From NCBI GenBank assembly GCA_958009085.1, contig OY253692.1:62001-100950 (forward strand): DNA of 38,950 bases. Direction: 5' to 3'. Positions 1-11,473 of this stretch are shown piece after piece; the first letter of the stretch is position 1; each line of letters begins with the position of its first letter. This DNA comes from Protoeuglena noctilucae. Taxonomy: Eukaryota. Position numbers and translations under genes: made by a program. The notes under the pieces were generated by a model. It worked only from the letters and a program-made list of their open reading frames with translations, was not told the origin of the DNA and made no database searches.

Positions 1-3000
1 TTATTAAAAAAATAAAAAAAATCTCTAAAACCTGTTCCTACTGGAATTAAGTGACCAAGAATGACATTTTCTTTTAATCCTTTTAAGAAATCGGTTTTTT
101 TCTCGATTGCAGCTTTCGCTAAAATCCGTGTCGTTTCTTGAAAACTGGCTGCCGAAATAAAACTTTTTGTTTCTAACGAAGCTTTTGTTATTCCTAGTAA
201 AACCGGTTCATACCTTGCAGGAGAACTTTCGGTTCCTGCATTAATTAGTTCAATTGTTTCAAGATTTATCAATTCACCCGGTAATAAACCAGTTTGGGCT
301 CCATCAATAATTCGAACTTTAGAAGTCATCTGCCGAATAATAATCTCTAAATGCTTATCTGCAATGCTAACTCCCTGAGTTTGATAGACTTGTTGAACAC
401 TATCAACTAAAAATTGTTGAGTTGTTTGAATACTTAAACGAACCGCTTTTTCAAAAGACATTTTTCTAATAAAGTTTTGATACAATTTTTCTAATTTTAT
501 AGGAACACTATTTACAATAGGTTCACCAAATTTAGAAGAACGCGCTTCAAAAAATTCTTCAATTTTAGGAATACCTTGAACGATATCCCCACTTTGTAAT
601 CGTTTATAAAAAAGTGTTACTAATAAATTTTCTTTTTTTACTAGATTATTATGAAATACATGAAAAATAGATCTTGAAGAAAATAAACACGGTTGTCCTT
701 TTCTTAAAACCAGTAAAAGTTTCCCGTTGTTTTCTCTAATAGAAAGGATTTGACCAGATACAGAAAAAGTATAGTTTTTCAAAATTTTTTGTTCTGTTCT
801 AAAAAAATTAGTTAGTAAAGTAAAAATAGCTTTTTGGTCCAAACCTTCCCCTATTAAATTAATAGAATTAACATTAAAACAGGCAAAATCTGATCGAGCC
901 AGTACTAATTTAGAAGAAGTATTTTTTCGTTCTATATTTTTTTCAAAAAAAGGAAAAGAATTCTGTGAAACATCAAAAACTTCACCTTCTGTAATTCCCA
1001 AATGTTGTCGTTTCGCAAAAATTTGATTTTTTGTTAACTGTTTCAAATGGTCTAGTTTAAAAATAACTTGTTGTTTTTTTTTGCAGATTATTTTTTGTAA
1101 AGTCTTATGTAATGGGTAGATATAAACTAATCGAAAATGTAATGAAAGAAAACCAGATGTCTTCCAATAAGATCCTAGCAAGGTTTCTTGATCCCTTTTT
1201 TGCAGTAAAGCCTCGGGAATTTGTTTTATAAAAAAGGTGCAAGAACTCCCTATTGAATTGGCTTTCTTATTTAGTATTAAACTTGAAAAAATAGAATTAT
1301 AAATAAAAATTTGTTCTTTTTGTACAGTGGTTTGAATTCGAGCACACTGTGGATTTGTTATTAATTCATGAAAAATAGTTTTATAATTTTTAGTAAAATA
1401 CAAATGTTCTTTAGTTCTTAAGAGATTATTTAAATTTTTTTGTGGACAAAAAAAAGTTTTTTGATGGTTTAGGTTTTCAATTACTCGACCCTCAATTTTT
1501 TTAAAATTTCGATTTGAAGAAGTAAAAAAATGTCTTTTAATAATATAAATTGTATTTTTTTCTAAAAAGTTAAATTTTGGAACTTCGTTTCCAATAGAAG
1601 AATTTTGTTTTTGTAAAGTTTTTAACCAAAGAGTATTTTTTTGAGAAATAGAATAATTATCTAAATGTAAAGATATTTTTGAAAAAATATTTTTTATTTT
1701 AGACTCATTTATTTTTAAATCCTTATCTGATCTTTGTTCAACTTCAGCCGAAATTTGATTCTCATTAAGCTGATAATTTTTCCAAAATTCAATGAAACTT
1801 AAGTTTCGTTTTACCTGATGTAAACTAGTAAAATTTGATTCCCAAAAAATATCATCAAGAATTAATTGACCTTTTTTATATATAGTATTTTTTTTATCTT
1901 TTTTCGAATAAAATTTTATCTGTTCATTTTTTGACAAATAAGGCCAAGAAGGAATAAGACTAAAAAGAAAACTATTTTTTTTTGTTTTTTCTATTTCACT
2001 ATTAGACTCTTTTTCACTAAGAGTAAAAAGAGAATTTTCTAATTTCCAATTTGCGGAAGTGGAAATATCCTCTTTACTCTGATTAGATAATCTTTGTTTT
2101 TGTGGATTAAAGAAAGAATATACTTTTAAAAAACCTTCAACAAAATTTGAATTTAAATCTAAACAACCTTGACGGTTTTGAATTACAAAAATTTTATTAT
2201 TCGAATTTAACCATTGATTAATTACAAGGAAAGGTAGAGTTGATATGTTTTTTTTCCTACTAAAATTTAAAAAAATAGGCAATCTTTCTAAATCCGAATT
2301 ATTGGAAAAAAGAAAAATGTTTTTTCTACAAAAATTTGAATCTAATAAATTTATATTTGAAATAAAAATCTCTTTGTATGAAGAAACAAATGAAATATTT
2401 TTACGATATATAGCGTTTTGATGGTTATTCGAAAAGATACTAAAAAAAGGAAAAATTTTTGAATTTTTCTTAAAAAAACTTGTTTGAAATTTGATATGGT
2501 AAATATACAAAAAACTCGCAGAATTGAACAATTCTTTTTCTAAATAAAAAGTTAAGAAAGATTTTTTTAAATCACCGAAAAACTTATACGAATTTTTTGT
2601 CCAATATATATCTACAAGATCAAAACTTAAATTTGTTGTGATTAAACCCGATTTTAAATCTTTTTCATTTTGAAAAGACGAGAAATCTTTAGGTATTTTT
2701 TTTAAAAAAGATTTCTTCTTAGAAAGATAAAAATTTATCGGTAAATAGATATAACCGGTTTTGCTACTAACTAAAAAATGTTCTGTCAATGGAGCAGATT
2801 TAAAAAGAAAATCATTAGATTTTGGATAAAATCTTTCTTGAGTTATCGAATCTTGAATATTACCTGCCAAAATCCATAAAGAACCATATTCTCTTGCGAT
2901 TTTTAAAATATCCGAATTTTTAGATTCACGAATACTAAAAGCCACGTCTTCAAAAAAAACTTGACCTTCGATGGGTGCATTGATCGATTCTTTTACTTGT

Positions 3001-4415
3001 ATTTTTTGATCGGTTTGAGTTGATATATAAGCATATTCACTTATTATTTGATTTTTTTTTACAAAATCAAAATTTTTGAAATAAAGAATAGAAAATTCTG
3101 GAAGATCAAACTCTTTAAAAATTTTACATTTTGATAAAAACTCCAAATTTTTTTCTTTATAGATTTTTCGAAAAATTTCTTTATTCTCATTTTCTTGATT
3201 CAGACTTTTTTCGTCAAAAGGTAAAATGTTTTGACTTGATTCGGAAATAGAAATAATTTTACATTTTCCTGAAGTTTTTATTAAAAAAGCAATGTTACCG
3301 TGGGTTGTTCGTATTAGTTCTCCTAAAAATTTTTCTTGATAAAAAAGAATTCCATCAAACGGAGCAATTACCTGTTCAAAAGCATCCCCAGAAAAAACAC
3401 CACCAGTATGGAATGTTCGCATGGTTAATTGTGTTCCTGGCTCACCAATAGATTGAGCAGCAATAATCCCTACCGCTTCACCTAAAGAAACCATTTGATT
3501 GTGAGCTAAACTCCAACCATAACATAATTGACAAATAGCATCTCGTGCATTACAAGTTAAGGGCGATCGAACATAGACAAAATCTCTAATGGATTCTATT
3601 TTTGTTGCTAATACACTATCAATTAATTGATTTTTTTTACCGATTTGTGGAATATCTTCGCCTAACACCCTTCCAAGAACACGATCTTTTAACGATAATA
3701 AAGTTTTTCGACCTTCTTTCATAGAACTAATTTTTAAATTTCGATCAGTTCCACAATCCAGAGAAGATATCATAATATGTTGAGCTACATCAACTAAACG
3801 TCTCGTTAAATAGCCAGAATTAGCTGTTCGCAGAGCTGTATCCACAATGCCTTTTCTTGCTCCATAACAAGAAATAACATATTCCGTCAAGGTTAAACCT
3901 TCTCTAAAATTACTCGAGATTGGATAATTTATGATTTGACCTTGAGGGTCAGACATTAAACCTCGCATTCCAACCAGTTGACGCACTTGTGATAAATTTC
4001 CCCGTGCACCAGAAAAAGCCATCATATAAACAGGATTTAACGTGTTTGTTTTTCGAAATTTATTAACTACTTCGTTTTTTAATTTTTCACTGGTAAAATT
4101 CCAAGTATCAATAATATGTTGAAAACGCTCGATATTTGTTAAATCGCCTTGATTAAATTTTTTTAATTTTTTTTGAATCTTTAGCTCGGAGTCTTTTAGA
4201 ATATCAATTTTTGTATCAGGTATTAGTAAATCATCTATACTTAAAGAAATTCCAGCTTTTGTGGCGTTATGAAAACCAATTTGTTTTAGACTTTCTAATA
4301 AATTTATGGTTTCCGTTTCTCCAAATTCTTTTAAAAACCAATTTATTAAATTTTTTAATCGATTTTTATCAAAAGACCGATTAAAAAAATGAGTTACATT
4401 TTTTTGTTTTATCAT
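1..4415 (-). CDS. rpoC2: RNA polymerase beta'' subunit (3'-partial, runs off left edge)
   Basis: Hand translation: ATG at 4415 gives MIKQKNVTHFFNRSFDKNRLKNLINWF, then NPVYMMAFSGARG, GARKGIVDTALRTANSGYLTRRLVDV and GIIAAQSIGEPGTQLTMRTFHTGG. The C-terminal KENVILGHLIPVGTG is in the same frame at about 30-75, with no stop before position 1, which explains its absence from the ORF track. Confidence 0.95.
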   Translation of the reverse strand, partial: MIKQKNVTHFFNRSFDKNRLKNLINWFLKEFGETETINLLESLKQIGFHNATKAGISLSIDDLLIPDTKIDILKDSELKIQKKLKKFNQGDLTNIERFQHIIDTWNFTSEKLKNEVVNKFRKTNTLNPVYMMAFSGARGNLSQVRQLVGMRGLMSDPQGQIINYPISSNFREGLTLTEYVISCYGARKGIVDTALRTANSGYLTRRLVDVAQHIMISSLDCGTDRNLKISSMKEGRKTLLSLKDRVLGRVLGEDIPQIGKKNQLIDSVLATKIESIRDFVYVRSPLTCNARDAICQLCYGWSLAHNQMVSLGEAVGIIAAQSIGEPGTQLTMRTFHTGGVFSGDAFEQVIAPFDGILFYQEKFLGELIRTTHGNIAFLIKTSGKCKIISISESSQNILPFDEKSLNQENENKEIFRKIYKEKNLEFLSKCKIFKEFDLPEFSILYFKNFDFVKKNQIISEYAYISTQTDQKIQVKESINAPIEGQVFFEDVAFSIRESKNSDILKIAREYGSLWILAGNIQDSITQERFYPKSNDFLFKSAPLTEHFLVSSKTGYIYLPINFYLSKKKSFLKKIPKDFSSFQNEKDLKSGLITTNLSFDLVDIYWTKNSYKFFGDLKKSFLTFYLEKELFNSASFLYIYHIKFQTSFFKKNSKIFPFFSIFSNNHQNAIYRKNISFVSSYKEIFISNINLLDSNFCRKNIFLFSNNSDLERLPIFLNFSRKKNISTLPFLVINQWLNSNNKIFVIQNRQGCLDLNSNFVEGFLKVYSFFNPQKQRLSNQSKEDISTSANWKLENSLFTLSEKESNSEIEKTKKNSFLFSLIPSWPYLSKNEQIKFYSKKDKKNTIYKKGQLILDDIFWESNFTSLHQVKRNLSFIEFWKNYQLNENQISAEVEQRSDKDLKINESKIKNIFSKISLHLDNYSISQKNTLWLKTLQKQNSSIGNEVPKFNFLEKNTIYIIKRHFFTSSNRNFKKIEGRVIENLNHQKTFFCPQKNLNNLLRTKEHLYFTKNYKTIFHELITNPQCARIQTTVQKEQIFIYNSIFSSLILNKKANSIGSSCTFFIKQIPEALLQKRDQETLLGSYWKTSGFLSLHFRLVYIYPLHKTLQKIICKKKQQVIFKLDHLKQLTKNQIFAKRQHLGITEGEVFDVSQNSFPFFEKNIERKNTSSKLVLARSDFACFNVNSINLIGEGLDQKAIFTLLTNFFRTEQKILKNYTFSVSGQILSIRENNGKLLLVLRKGQPCLFSSRSIFHVFHNNLVKKENLLVTLFYKRLQSGDIVQGIPKIEEFFEARSSKFGEPIVNSVPIKLEKLYQNFIRKMSFEKAVRLSIQTTQQFLVDSVQQVYQTQGVSIADKHLEIIIRQMTSKVRIIDGAQTGLLPGELINLETIELINAGTESSPARYEPVLLGITKASLETKSFISAASFQETTRILAKAAIEKKTDFLKGLKENVILGHLIPVGTGFRDFFYFFN

Positions 4416-4661
4416 TGTTATGAAATAGATTTTTTTGTTATCGGAACTGAGTTTTCGTTAACCCCGAAAAAGGTTAAAAATTGAAATTTTTGTATAGAAA
4501 AAGTATGTTCAACTTTTATAAATTAAAATTAAGTTATTCACGAAAAATGATAAAAAATTAAAATCTTTTTTGATAAATTAAAAGGAAAAAAGATATCAAC
4601 TTAGCCAAGACTGAACTCATAAAAAGAGTTAGTAAAATCACCACTAAAAAAGTTTTTACAT

Positions 4662-6773
4662 TTATGATTTATTAAGTTTTTGTAGTTGATGATTAAAAAA
4701 AACTCGACCGGGTGTAGTCCGAATATAACAACCAACAAATGCACCAGTATCAGCAAAAATTTCAAAACGGTCTAAATAAATATTTATGATTTGACCTGTT
4801 TCAGTTATTTGAATTTCAATAATATGTTCATTATTATCCATTTCAATATTTTGATTTACCCGAACCCAAATATTTTCATGTGAATGTAATTCTTTTTTTA
4901 AATACAAATGAATAACTTCCGCAAAATTAGCAAAAAAACAATTAAAACCACTTTTTTTTATAAATTTTGTTTCGGGAGGAACAGTAGTTAAATAATAACA
5001 GCCTAAAACCATATCTTGACTAGGCAATAAAATAGGTTGTCCCGTTGCCGGAGAAAGTAAATTATTTCTAGACCACATTAAATTCCATGCTTCTGCTCTA
5101 GATTCATAAGATAAAGGAACATGAACAGCCATTTGATCTCCATCAAAATCAGCATTAAAAGCTGGACAAACCAATGGATGTAAATGAATAGCTTTACCTT
5201 TTACTAGTTTTGGTTGAAAGGCTTGAATCCCTAATCGATGTAAAGTTGGTGCTCGATTTAATAATACTGGGTGATCGCGAAAAACATGAATTAAACATCT
5301 AAGGACTTTTTTATCTTGTTTATAAATTAAATGTTTTGCTCCTAAAATTGTTCTAACTACATTATTAGAAATCAATGCATGTATTAAAAACGGTTGAAAT
5401 AATTCAATAGCCATTTCTAAGGGTAAACCGCATTCATGCAATTGTAAATGTGGACCTACTACAATCACAGATCTTCCAGAATAATCAACCCTTTTACCTA
5501 ATAAGTTCTGTCGAAAACGACCTTTTTTGCCTTTTAATAAATCGGAAAGCGATTTTAATGGACGTTCATTAGAAGCTGTAATCGGCTCAGAACCACCTTT
5601 CCCGTTTTCGATTAAGGAATCCACTGATTCTTGTAATAATCGTTGAGCATATTTTAATTTATCGGACTGAGTAATCAAGTTCTGTGCCTTTTGATGTTTT
5701 TTCATTCGATTATTTCTAAAAATAACTTTTTGATAAAGTTTGTTTAAATCTGAAACAGCAAGTTGATCATTTTCCAATTGCACAATAGGGCGTAAGTCGG
5801 GAGGTAAAACTGGTAAAATAGTCAATATCATCCATTCAGGATTTGTTTTCGTACGTCGAAATAATCGAATTAATTTTAACCGTTTTAACATTCGAGTCCG
5901 TTTTAAAATTAAATAATGCAATCTTTTTTCTTCAAAAGCTAAAAAATCTATTCGGCTTTCTATATCCTCAATTTCTTCTTGAATTTCAAAAATTTCATAG
6001 CAAAGTTGTCTTTCTACTCCTAATAAATCCAAAATTTTTAATAAATTTAAAATGGCTTCTGCCCCAGTTAACGATTGATTTGAAGCAAAATTTTTTAGTT
6101 GGAGATTTGGTAAAAAAGAATAAGATAAAATTGGTTTATCATTTGTTTTATAATTAGCAGTAGAAAAATAACGATATAAACCTTCCTCTTCCTGTGATTC
6201 CCAAACAAATTTTTTTGAAATCCCCGATAAGGATAAGACATTTTTTTTTTTTAAATCATCCGAAATAATTTCTGAAAATTTTTTTAATTCTTGTTTTTTA
6301 CTGAATAAACTAGATTGTTTCAAGGACGAATGATCGGTATAACTACTATTTTCGGTACAATAAATAATAGCTTCTAATTTTTTACGGGATAAATCAAGTA
6401 AAACCGATAAATAACTAGTCGTACCTTTTAAATACCAAATATGCGCAACAGGTGAGGCCAACTGAATATAGCCTAAACGATAACGTCTTACTCGAGATGA
6501 AACGAAATCAACTTCACAATCATTACAAAATTTTTGATTAATCAAACTGCGTTTTTTTCCACAAGCACATTCAAAATCTTTTATCGGGCCAAAAATTTTT
6601 TCACAAAATAAACCTCCCGCTTCGGGACGTAATGTTTTATAATTTACAGTTTGTGGATTTGTTACTTGACCAATGAGTCTGCCGGTTGGGAGTTTCCTTT
6701 CCGCCCATCTACGAATTTGATAAGGAGATGCCAACCCTATTTGAATAGATTCTATTCTTTTATATTTATCCAT
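4662..6773 (-). CDS. rpoC1: RNA polymerase beta' subunit
   Basis: 703-aa ORF with Zn-finger GLFCEKIFGP..C.C, GRFRQNLLGKRVDYSGRSVI and catalytic FNADFDGDQMAVH. Confidence 0.99.
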   Translation of the reverse strand: MDKYKRIESIQIGLASPYQIRRWAERKLPTGRLIGQVTNPQTVNYKTLRPEAGGLFCEKIFGPIKDFECACGKKRSLINQKFCNDCEVDFVSSRVRRYRLGYIQLASPVAHIWYLKGTTSYLSVLLDLSRKKLEAIIYCTENSSYTDHSSLKQSSLFSKKQELKKFSEIISDDLKKKNVLSLSGISKKFVWESQEEEGLYRYFSTANYKTNDKPILSYSFLPNLQLKNFASNQSLTGAEAILNLLKILDLLGVERQLCYEIFEIQEEIEDIESRIDFLAFEEKRLHYLILKRTRMLKRLKLIRLFRRTKTNPEWMILTILPVLPPDLRPIVQLENDQLAVSDLNKLYQKVIFRNNRMKKHQKAQNLITQSDKLKYAQRLLQESVDSLIENGKGGSEPITASNERPLKSLSDLLKGKKGRFRQNLLGKRVDYSGRSVIVVGPHLQLHECGLPLEMAIELFQPFLIHALISNNVVRTILGAKHLIYKQDKKVLRCLIHVFRDHPVLLNRAPTLHRLGIQAFQPKLVKGKAIHLHPLVCPAFNADFDGDQMAVHVPLSYESRAEAWNLMWSRNNLLSPATGQPILLPSQDMVLGCYYLTTVPPETKFIKKSGFNCFFANFAEVIHLYLKKELHSHENIWVRVNQNIEMDNNEHIIEIQITETGQIINIYLDRFEIFADTGAFVGCYIRTTPGRVFFNHQLQKLNKS

Positions 6774-6930
6774 AATTATCTGATTTTCTGATTTGATATA
6801 GTTTTAGTTTTTAATTATTTTTTTTGCAAAAAAAAATAATTTTGCTCCCCCCGAAAAGGGGGAAACAATTAGGTAAATTTAGAAAACATATTCTTTTCAC
6901 ATTGTTTTGAAAAATCTAAAAGAAAAAAAT

Positions 6931-9900
6931 TTATGGTAATCTTAAAATATCTATTTGTTTTCTAATACCTTTTTCAGTTAAAGCAAAAACTCCAATATCT
7001 AAGCATAAAGATTGTAATTCACGTACTAAGACTTTAAAGGATTCAGGTGTCCCTAAAATTAGACGAGTATTGCCAAGAATAGAATCCATAACTTGATGAC
7101 GTCCTTTCATATCATCAGATTTTACAGTTAGAAGTTCTTGTAGAGTATATGCAGCGCCAAATCCTTCTAGAGCCCAAACTTCCATTTCTCCTAAACGTTG
7201 ACCTCCGTGTTTTGAACGACCACGTAGTGGCTGTTGTGTTACTAAAGAATATGGACCAGTTGAACGGGCATGTATTTTCTCATCTACTTGATGTACTAAT
7301 TTTAAGATATATGAATAACCGACTGTTATTTGTTGATCAAAAGAATCACCAGTACGACCATCAAAAAGTTTCATTTTTCCTGGAGAAATCGGGTCAAATA
7401 ACCATTTTTGAAAGGTTATTTTTGATGTTTCATAAAGTTTTGAATAAACAATACTTCGAGAAGCCTGTGCTCCTATACTTTCATCAAAAGGTGTTATTTT
7501 ATAATTTTCATTTAAAAAATACCCAGCTAACCCTAGTAAACATTCGTAAACTTGTCCAACATTCATTCGTGAGGGAACTCCAAGTGGATTTAATACAATG
7601 TCTAAAGGTTTTCCATTTGGTAAATAGGGCATATCCGCACTTAGTAAAATTCTAGAAATAATACCTTTATTACCATGTCGACCAGCAATTTTATCTCCAA
7701 CTTGAATTCGTCTTTTTTCTACTAATAACAGTTGAACACGTTTTATTTTTACGGAGTCTAATAATAGATTTTTTGAATTGTTAATTATTTTTTTTTCATT
7801 TTTTTGTTTCAATACGATATTCGATTCTGTAACCTTGCTATCTGAAACTAATAATTCTTTGAAATTAATAGATTTTCTTTTTTCTGGTGTATTAATGATT
7901 TTCTTATTTTTTTCACCATGGCCTTGGCTCTCGCGAGCTAATACAGATACTCGATTTTCACCCTGTGTAAAAGAGTTAAAATCCAAATTGTTTTGTTTTT
8001 TTAGAGCATGAAAATTCTTTTTTATTCTTATAAATTCATTATTCAGTTTTTCTTTTTCAGGTAGAAAAGAAATGGGCTCTTTTCCAGTCAAAACTTTTTC
8101 CTCATTTGTTTGAACTAATAAAGGTTTTTTTCTTTTCGAAATAAGTAAATTACCATCATTAGTTTGCCTTGCAAAACTGCTAGATTTTTCTTCAAAAACT
8201 TTTTCAAAACATTTTCCTTCGTGGTCAAAAATTCGAACCGTTACAATACGACCCGACACTCCTTTTGGAATTCGTAAAGAACTATCTTTGATATTTCTAA
8301 CATCTTTACCAACAATATCATAAAGTAAACGTTCATGAGGTGATAATGGTTTACGATTAATTGGTGTAATTTTCCCTACAAGAATATCCCCTTCAGTGAC
8401 CCAGGAACCTAATTTGACAATTCCTTGGTTATCTAATAAAGTCTTGCTTTTAATAGAAATTTCCGGAATATCTTTTGTTATTTTCTCAGAACCAAAACGA
8501 GTATCTTTCACTTCAATTTCATATTTTTCCACATGTAAAGAAGTAAATACATCTTCCTGAACTAATCTTTCACTAATAACAATAGCATCTTCAAAATTAT
8601 AGCCTTCCCAAGGTAAATAACCTAACAATAAATTTTTACCTAACGCTAACTCACCACCAAAACTTGCAGCTCCATCGGCTAAAACATCGCCGGTTTCCAC
8701 CCATTGACCTTCTAATACAAGTGGTTTTTCTTTTACGCAGGTATCCTGGTTAGTTCTTGCCAAGTTTTGTAACTTATACGTTATAATCTTCAGCTTATAA
8801 TTATCTCCCAAATTAAAGCCATGAAGATAATTAGGAGTATTCATCGTAGTTACAGATTGATTTTGATTAAAATTTTGAGCAAATTCTTTTAGATTGTCGT
8901 TTTCTTTTGCACAAAAAGAATTGTTAAAGACCTTTTTCGTCGTAGAATTCAAATTAAATCCAAAAAGCAAGTTTTGATTTTTAAGTACTGAATACCGTAT
9001 TTGACTAGAAAATAAATATTTTATAAATTTACGTTTATTTTTTTTTTCACACTTAGTAATATTAACGTAAATTTCTTTTTTTTTTAAAGATTTTCTTTTT
9101 TTTTCAGGTGAACGGTTAGTTCCTGTGCTAACTAATAGAGAAAAAATTAAAGTATTCTTAGTCCAAAAATAATTGAATTTTTTTATATTTTGATTATTCT
9201 TTTTTGCAATTAATTTTTTCGAACTGTTGAAGTAATCCAATTTTTTACCTCTAGAAATTATAGGTTTCAGCGAAATTTGGTTTTGATTATTTAAATCTTC
9301 TTTGGTTTCGGTACTTATTCGTAATGGCTTCTGAAATTTTGATCCAACCAAACTTAAAACTTTAATTTTTTCAGAACTAACAAATAAAACATAACCACTA
9401 TGCTTCGCATTTATGGTATGACCTGAATCTGAAACTACTCTTCCTTCGTAACCAGTTCCTACAAAAGGTCTTTCAGTTTTCATTAAAGGTACTGCTTGTC
9501 GCTGCATATTGGAGCCCATAAGTGCTCTATTCGCATCATCATGTTCTAAAAACGGAATTAGAGATGTTGCGACTGAAATCATTTGTAACGATGACAAAGA
9601 AAAAAAGTTTATTTTATTCGAGTTAAAATTTACAAAATTTTTATTAAATCTTACAGGGATAGAATTACGAGGTAAAAAGTTTAAAAAGTCTTTATCAATA
9701 TCTGCGGGAGCAGTAAAAAAAATTTCTTCTTGATCTGCGGTCATATAATAAATTTTTTCTTGAATTTGACCTTTATAAACTTTAACAAAAGGTGTTTCTA
9801 TAAAACCATTTGAATTAATATTGGCATAAGATGTCGGGGAATTAACTAAACCAGCATTTTGACCTTCAGGTGTTTCGATTGGACAAATTCTTCCATAATG

Positions 9901-11193
9901 AGTAGGATGAATACTACGAATAACCATTCCAGCAGTTTCTCGACTAACACCGGAAGGTCCTAAAGATGTAAAACGTCGTTTGTGGGTAATTTCTGCTAAT
10001 GGATTTGTTTGGTCCAAAAATTGAGATAATTGGCTAGATCCAAAAAATTCACGTAATGCGGAATTCATTGGCTTTGTTGTAATCAAATAAGATAAAGAAG
10101 AATAAATATTTGGTCTTTTTAACCGATCAATTATGATTTTTTCAAAACGTGTTAAACCTATAGAAAATTGATTTTGAATTAATTCTGATGAGGAACGAAC
10201 TCTGCGATTTTTTAAATCATCTATATCATCTAGTAGTTTATTTCCTTCAAAAACTTTTGCAAGAAAATCAATTATTTTAAAAATGTCTTCTGCAGTTACA
10301 ACTCTTGTATCTAAAGAAATAGACAAATTAAATTTTTGATTTAAGTTTCTTCTTCCTAAAATTCCAAGATCATAAGTTTTTGGATTTTGGAATTTACGAA
10401 AAATAAATTTACGACCCATTTCAGGAGTTATATCCAAAAGATCCCGTTTTGAATGTGTAATCCCATATAAAGAAATTAATGCTAAATTTTCTAAAGAATC
10501 AAATTTGTTTTTGAAAAAAACTTTTTTATTTGAATTTCCTTCCAACTCATGAAATTTTGTTAGCTCATATCCTTTCATAATGGCATCATGAAAAAAATCC
10601 TTTTTTTCCAATCGCTGAGTAATATTAGAAATATTCATACCCATGGCTTGAAGTAATAAAAAAATAGGTATTTTTGGCGTTCTTTTCATTCTTAAATAAG
10701 GAATTTTTTCGTTGTCAATCTCAAACCTCAACCAAGTACCTTTTTGGGAAATTAAATCTGCATAGACAGTTTTATCACCTTTTCGATCGAGAGATTGGAC
10801 AAAATAAATTCCAGGACTTCGAATCATTTGATTAATGATTACTCTAGGAGATCCGTTTAGAACGAAATGCCCACGTTTGTTCATTAGTGGTAGAGTTCCT
10901 AGTAATATCCATTGAAAATGAGAGATTCCTGTTTTTTTATTTATTAATTGAGCAGGAAGATATAATTTTCCCGAATAACTGATGCCAGTTGTAATAGCTA
11001 ATTTTTCATCAACTTCAGCAGGTGTTATTTTATAATATTCAGGATACAATACTAAGGTTAAATTTGTTTCTTTCGTAAAAATTTGAGATTTAGACTTTAT
11101 TTCATTAATTAATCCATATTTTAAAAAGTTTTGAAAATTCGAACGTTGAATTTCAATAAAATCCGGAACAAAAAAATTTTTTATTTTTTTCAT
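6931..11193 (-). CDS. rpoB: RNA polymerase beta subunit with two K/N-rich insertions
   Basis: 1420-aa ORF with HYGRICPIETPEGQNAG, DDANRALMGSNMQRQAVP, GDKIAGRHGNKG and GGQRLGEMEVWALE. Confidence 0.99.
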   Translation of the reverse strand: MKKIKNFFVPDFIEIQRSNFQNFLKYGLINEIKSKSQIFTKETNLTLVLYPEYYKITPAEVDEKLAITTGISYSGKLYLPAQLINKKTGISHFQWILLGTLPLMNKRGHFVLNGSPRVIINQMIRSPGIYFVQSLDRKGDKTVYADLISQKGTWLRFEIDNEKIPYLRMKRTPKIPIFLLLQAMGMNISNITQRLEKKDFFHDAIMKGYELTKFHELEGNSNKKVFFKNKFDSLENLALISLYGITHSKRDLLDITPEMGRKFIFRKFQNPKTYDLGILGRRNLNQKFNLSISLDTRVVTAEDIFKIIDFLAKVFEGNKLLDDIDDLKNRRVRSSSELIQNQFSIGLTRFEKIIIDRLKRPNIYSSLSYLITTKPMNSALREFFGSSQLSQFLDQTNPLAEITHKRRFTSLGPSGVSRETAGMVIRSIHPTHYGRICPIETPEGQNAGLVNSPTSYANINSNGFIETPFVKVYKGQIQEKIYYMTADQEEIFFTAPADIDKDFLNFLPRNSIPVRFNKNFVNFNSNKINFFSLSSLQMISVATSLIPFLEHDDANRALMGSNMQRQAVPLMKTERPFVGTGYEGRVVSDSGHTINAKHSGYVLFVSSEKIKVLSLVGSKFQKPLRISTETKEDLNNQNQISLKPIISRGKKLDYFNSSKKLIAKKNNQNIKKFNYFWTKNTLIFSLLVSTGTNRSPEKKRKSLKKKEIYVNITKCEKKNKRKFIKYLFSSQIRYSVLKNQNLLFGFNLNSTTKKVFNNSFCAKENDNLKEFAQNFNQNQSVTTMNTPNYLHGFNLGDNYKLKIITYKLQNLARTNQDTCVKEKPLVLEGQWVETGDVLADGAASFGGELALGKNLLLGYLPWEGYNFEDAIVISERLVQEDVFTSLHVEKYEIEVKDTRFGSEKITKDIPEISIKSKTLLDNQGIVKLGSWVTEGDILVGKITPINRKPLSPHERLLYDIVGKDVRNIKDSSLRIPKGVSGRIVTVRIFDHEGKCFEKVFEEKSSSFARQTNDGNLLISKRKKPLLVQTNEEKVLTGKEPISFLPEKEKLNNEFIRIKKNFHALKKQNNLDFNSFTQGENRVSVLARESQGHGEKNKKIINTPEKRKSINFKELLVSDSKVTESNIVLKQKNEKKIINNSKNLLLDSVKIKRVQLLLVEKRRIQVGDKIAGRHGNKGIISRILLSADMPYLPNGKPLDIVLNPLGVPSRMNVGQVYECLLGLAGYFLNENYKITPFDESIGAQASRSIVYSKLYETSKITFQKWLFDPISPGKMKLFDGRTGDSFDQQITVGYSYILKLVHQVDEKIHARSTGPYSLVTQQPLRGRSKHGGQRLGEMEVWALEGFGAAYTLQELLTVKSDDMKGRHQVMDSILGNTRLILGTPESFKVLVRELQSLCLDIGVFALTEKGIRKQIDILRLP

Positions 11194-11433
11194 TTTATCA
11201 ATAGAATGTGAATATATTTGTATATTTTTATCATGAAAACCAGACTAAACTGTATAATTTTTTGACTCTCAAAACGAGATTACGAGAACAAAATTAGATT
11301 TCAAATAAAATATAGTAAGGAATTAGAGTCGGGCTTAGACCGAAAGCTACGCTCGACATTTAGTTTTATTTAAGCTTTTCTTTTTTTTTCTACCCCTATT
11401 AATTTTTTTTCCCAAAAAGCTAGATTGCATGTC

Positions 11434-11462
11434 TTGGAAAAAAAAATATTTTTTGTTATAAT
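11434..11462 (+). promoter_or_regulatory. sigma70-type promoter of trnC
   Basis: TTGGAA-17 nt-TATAAT with TG extension (TGTTATAAT), 11 nt before the tRNA. Confidence 0.55.
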
Positions 11463-11473
11463 AACAATTTACT

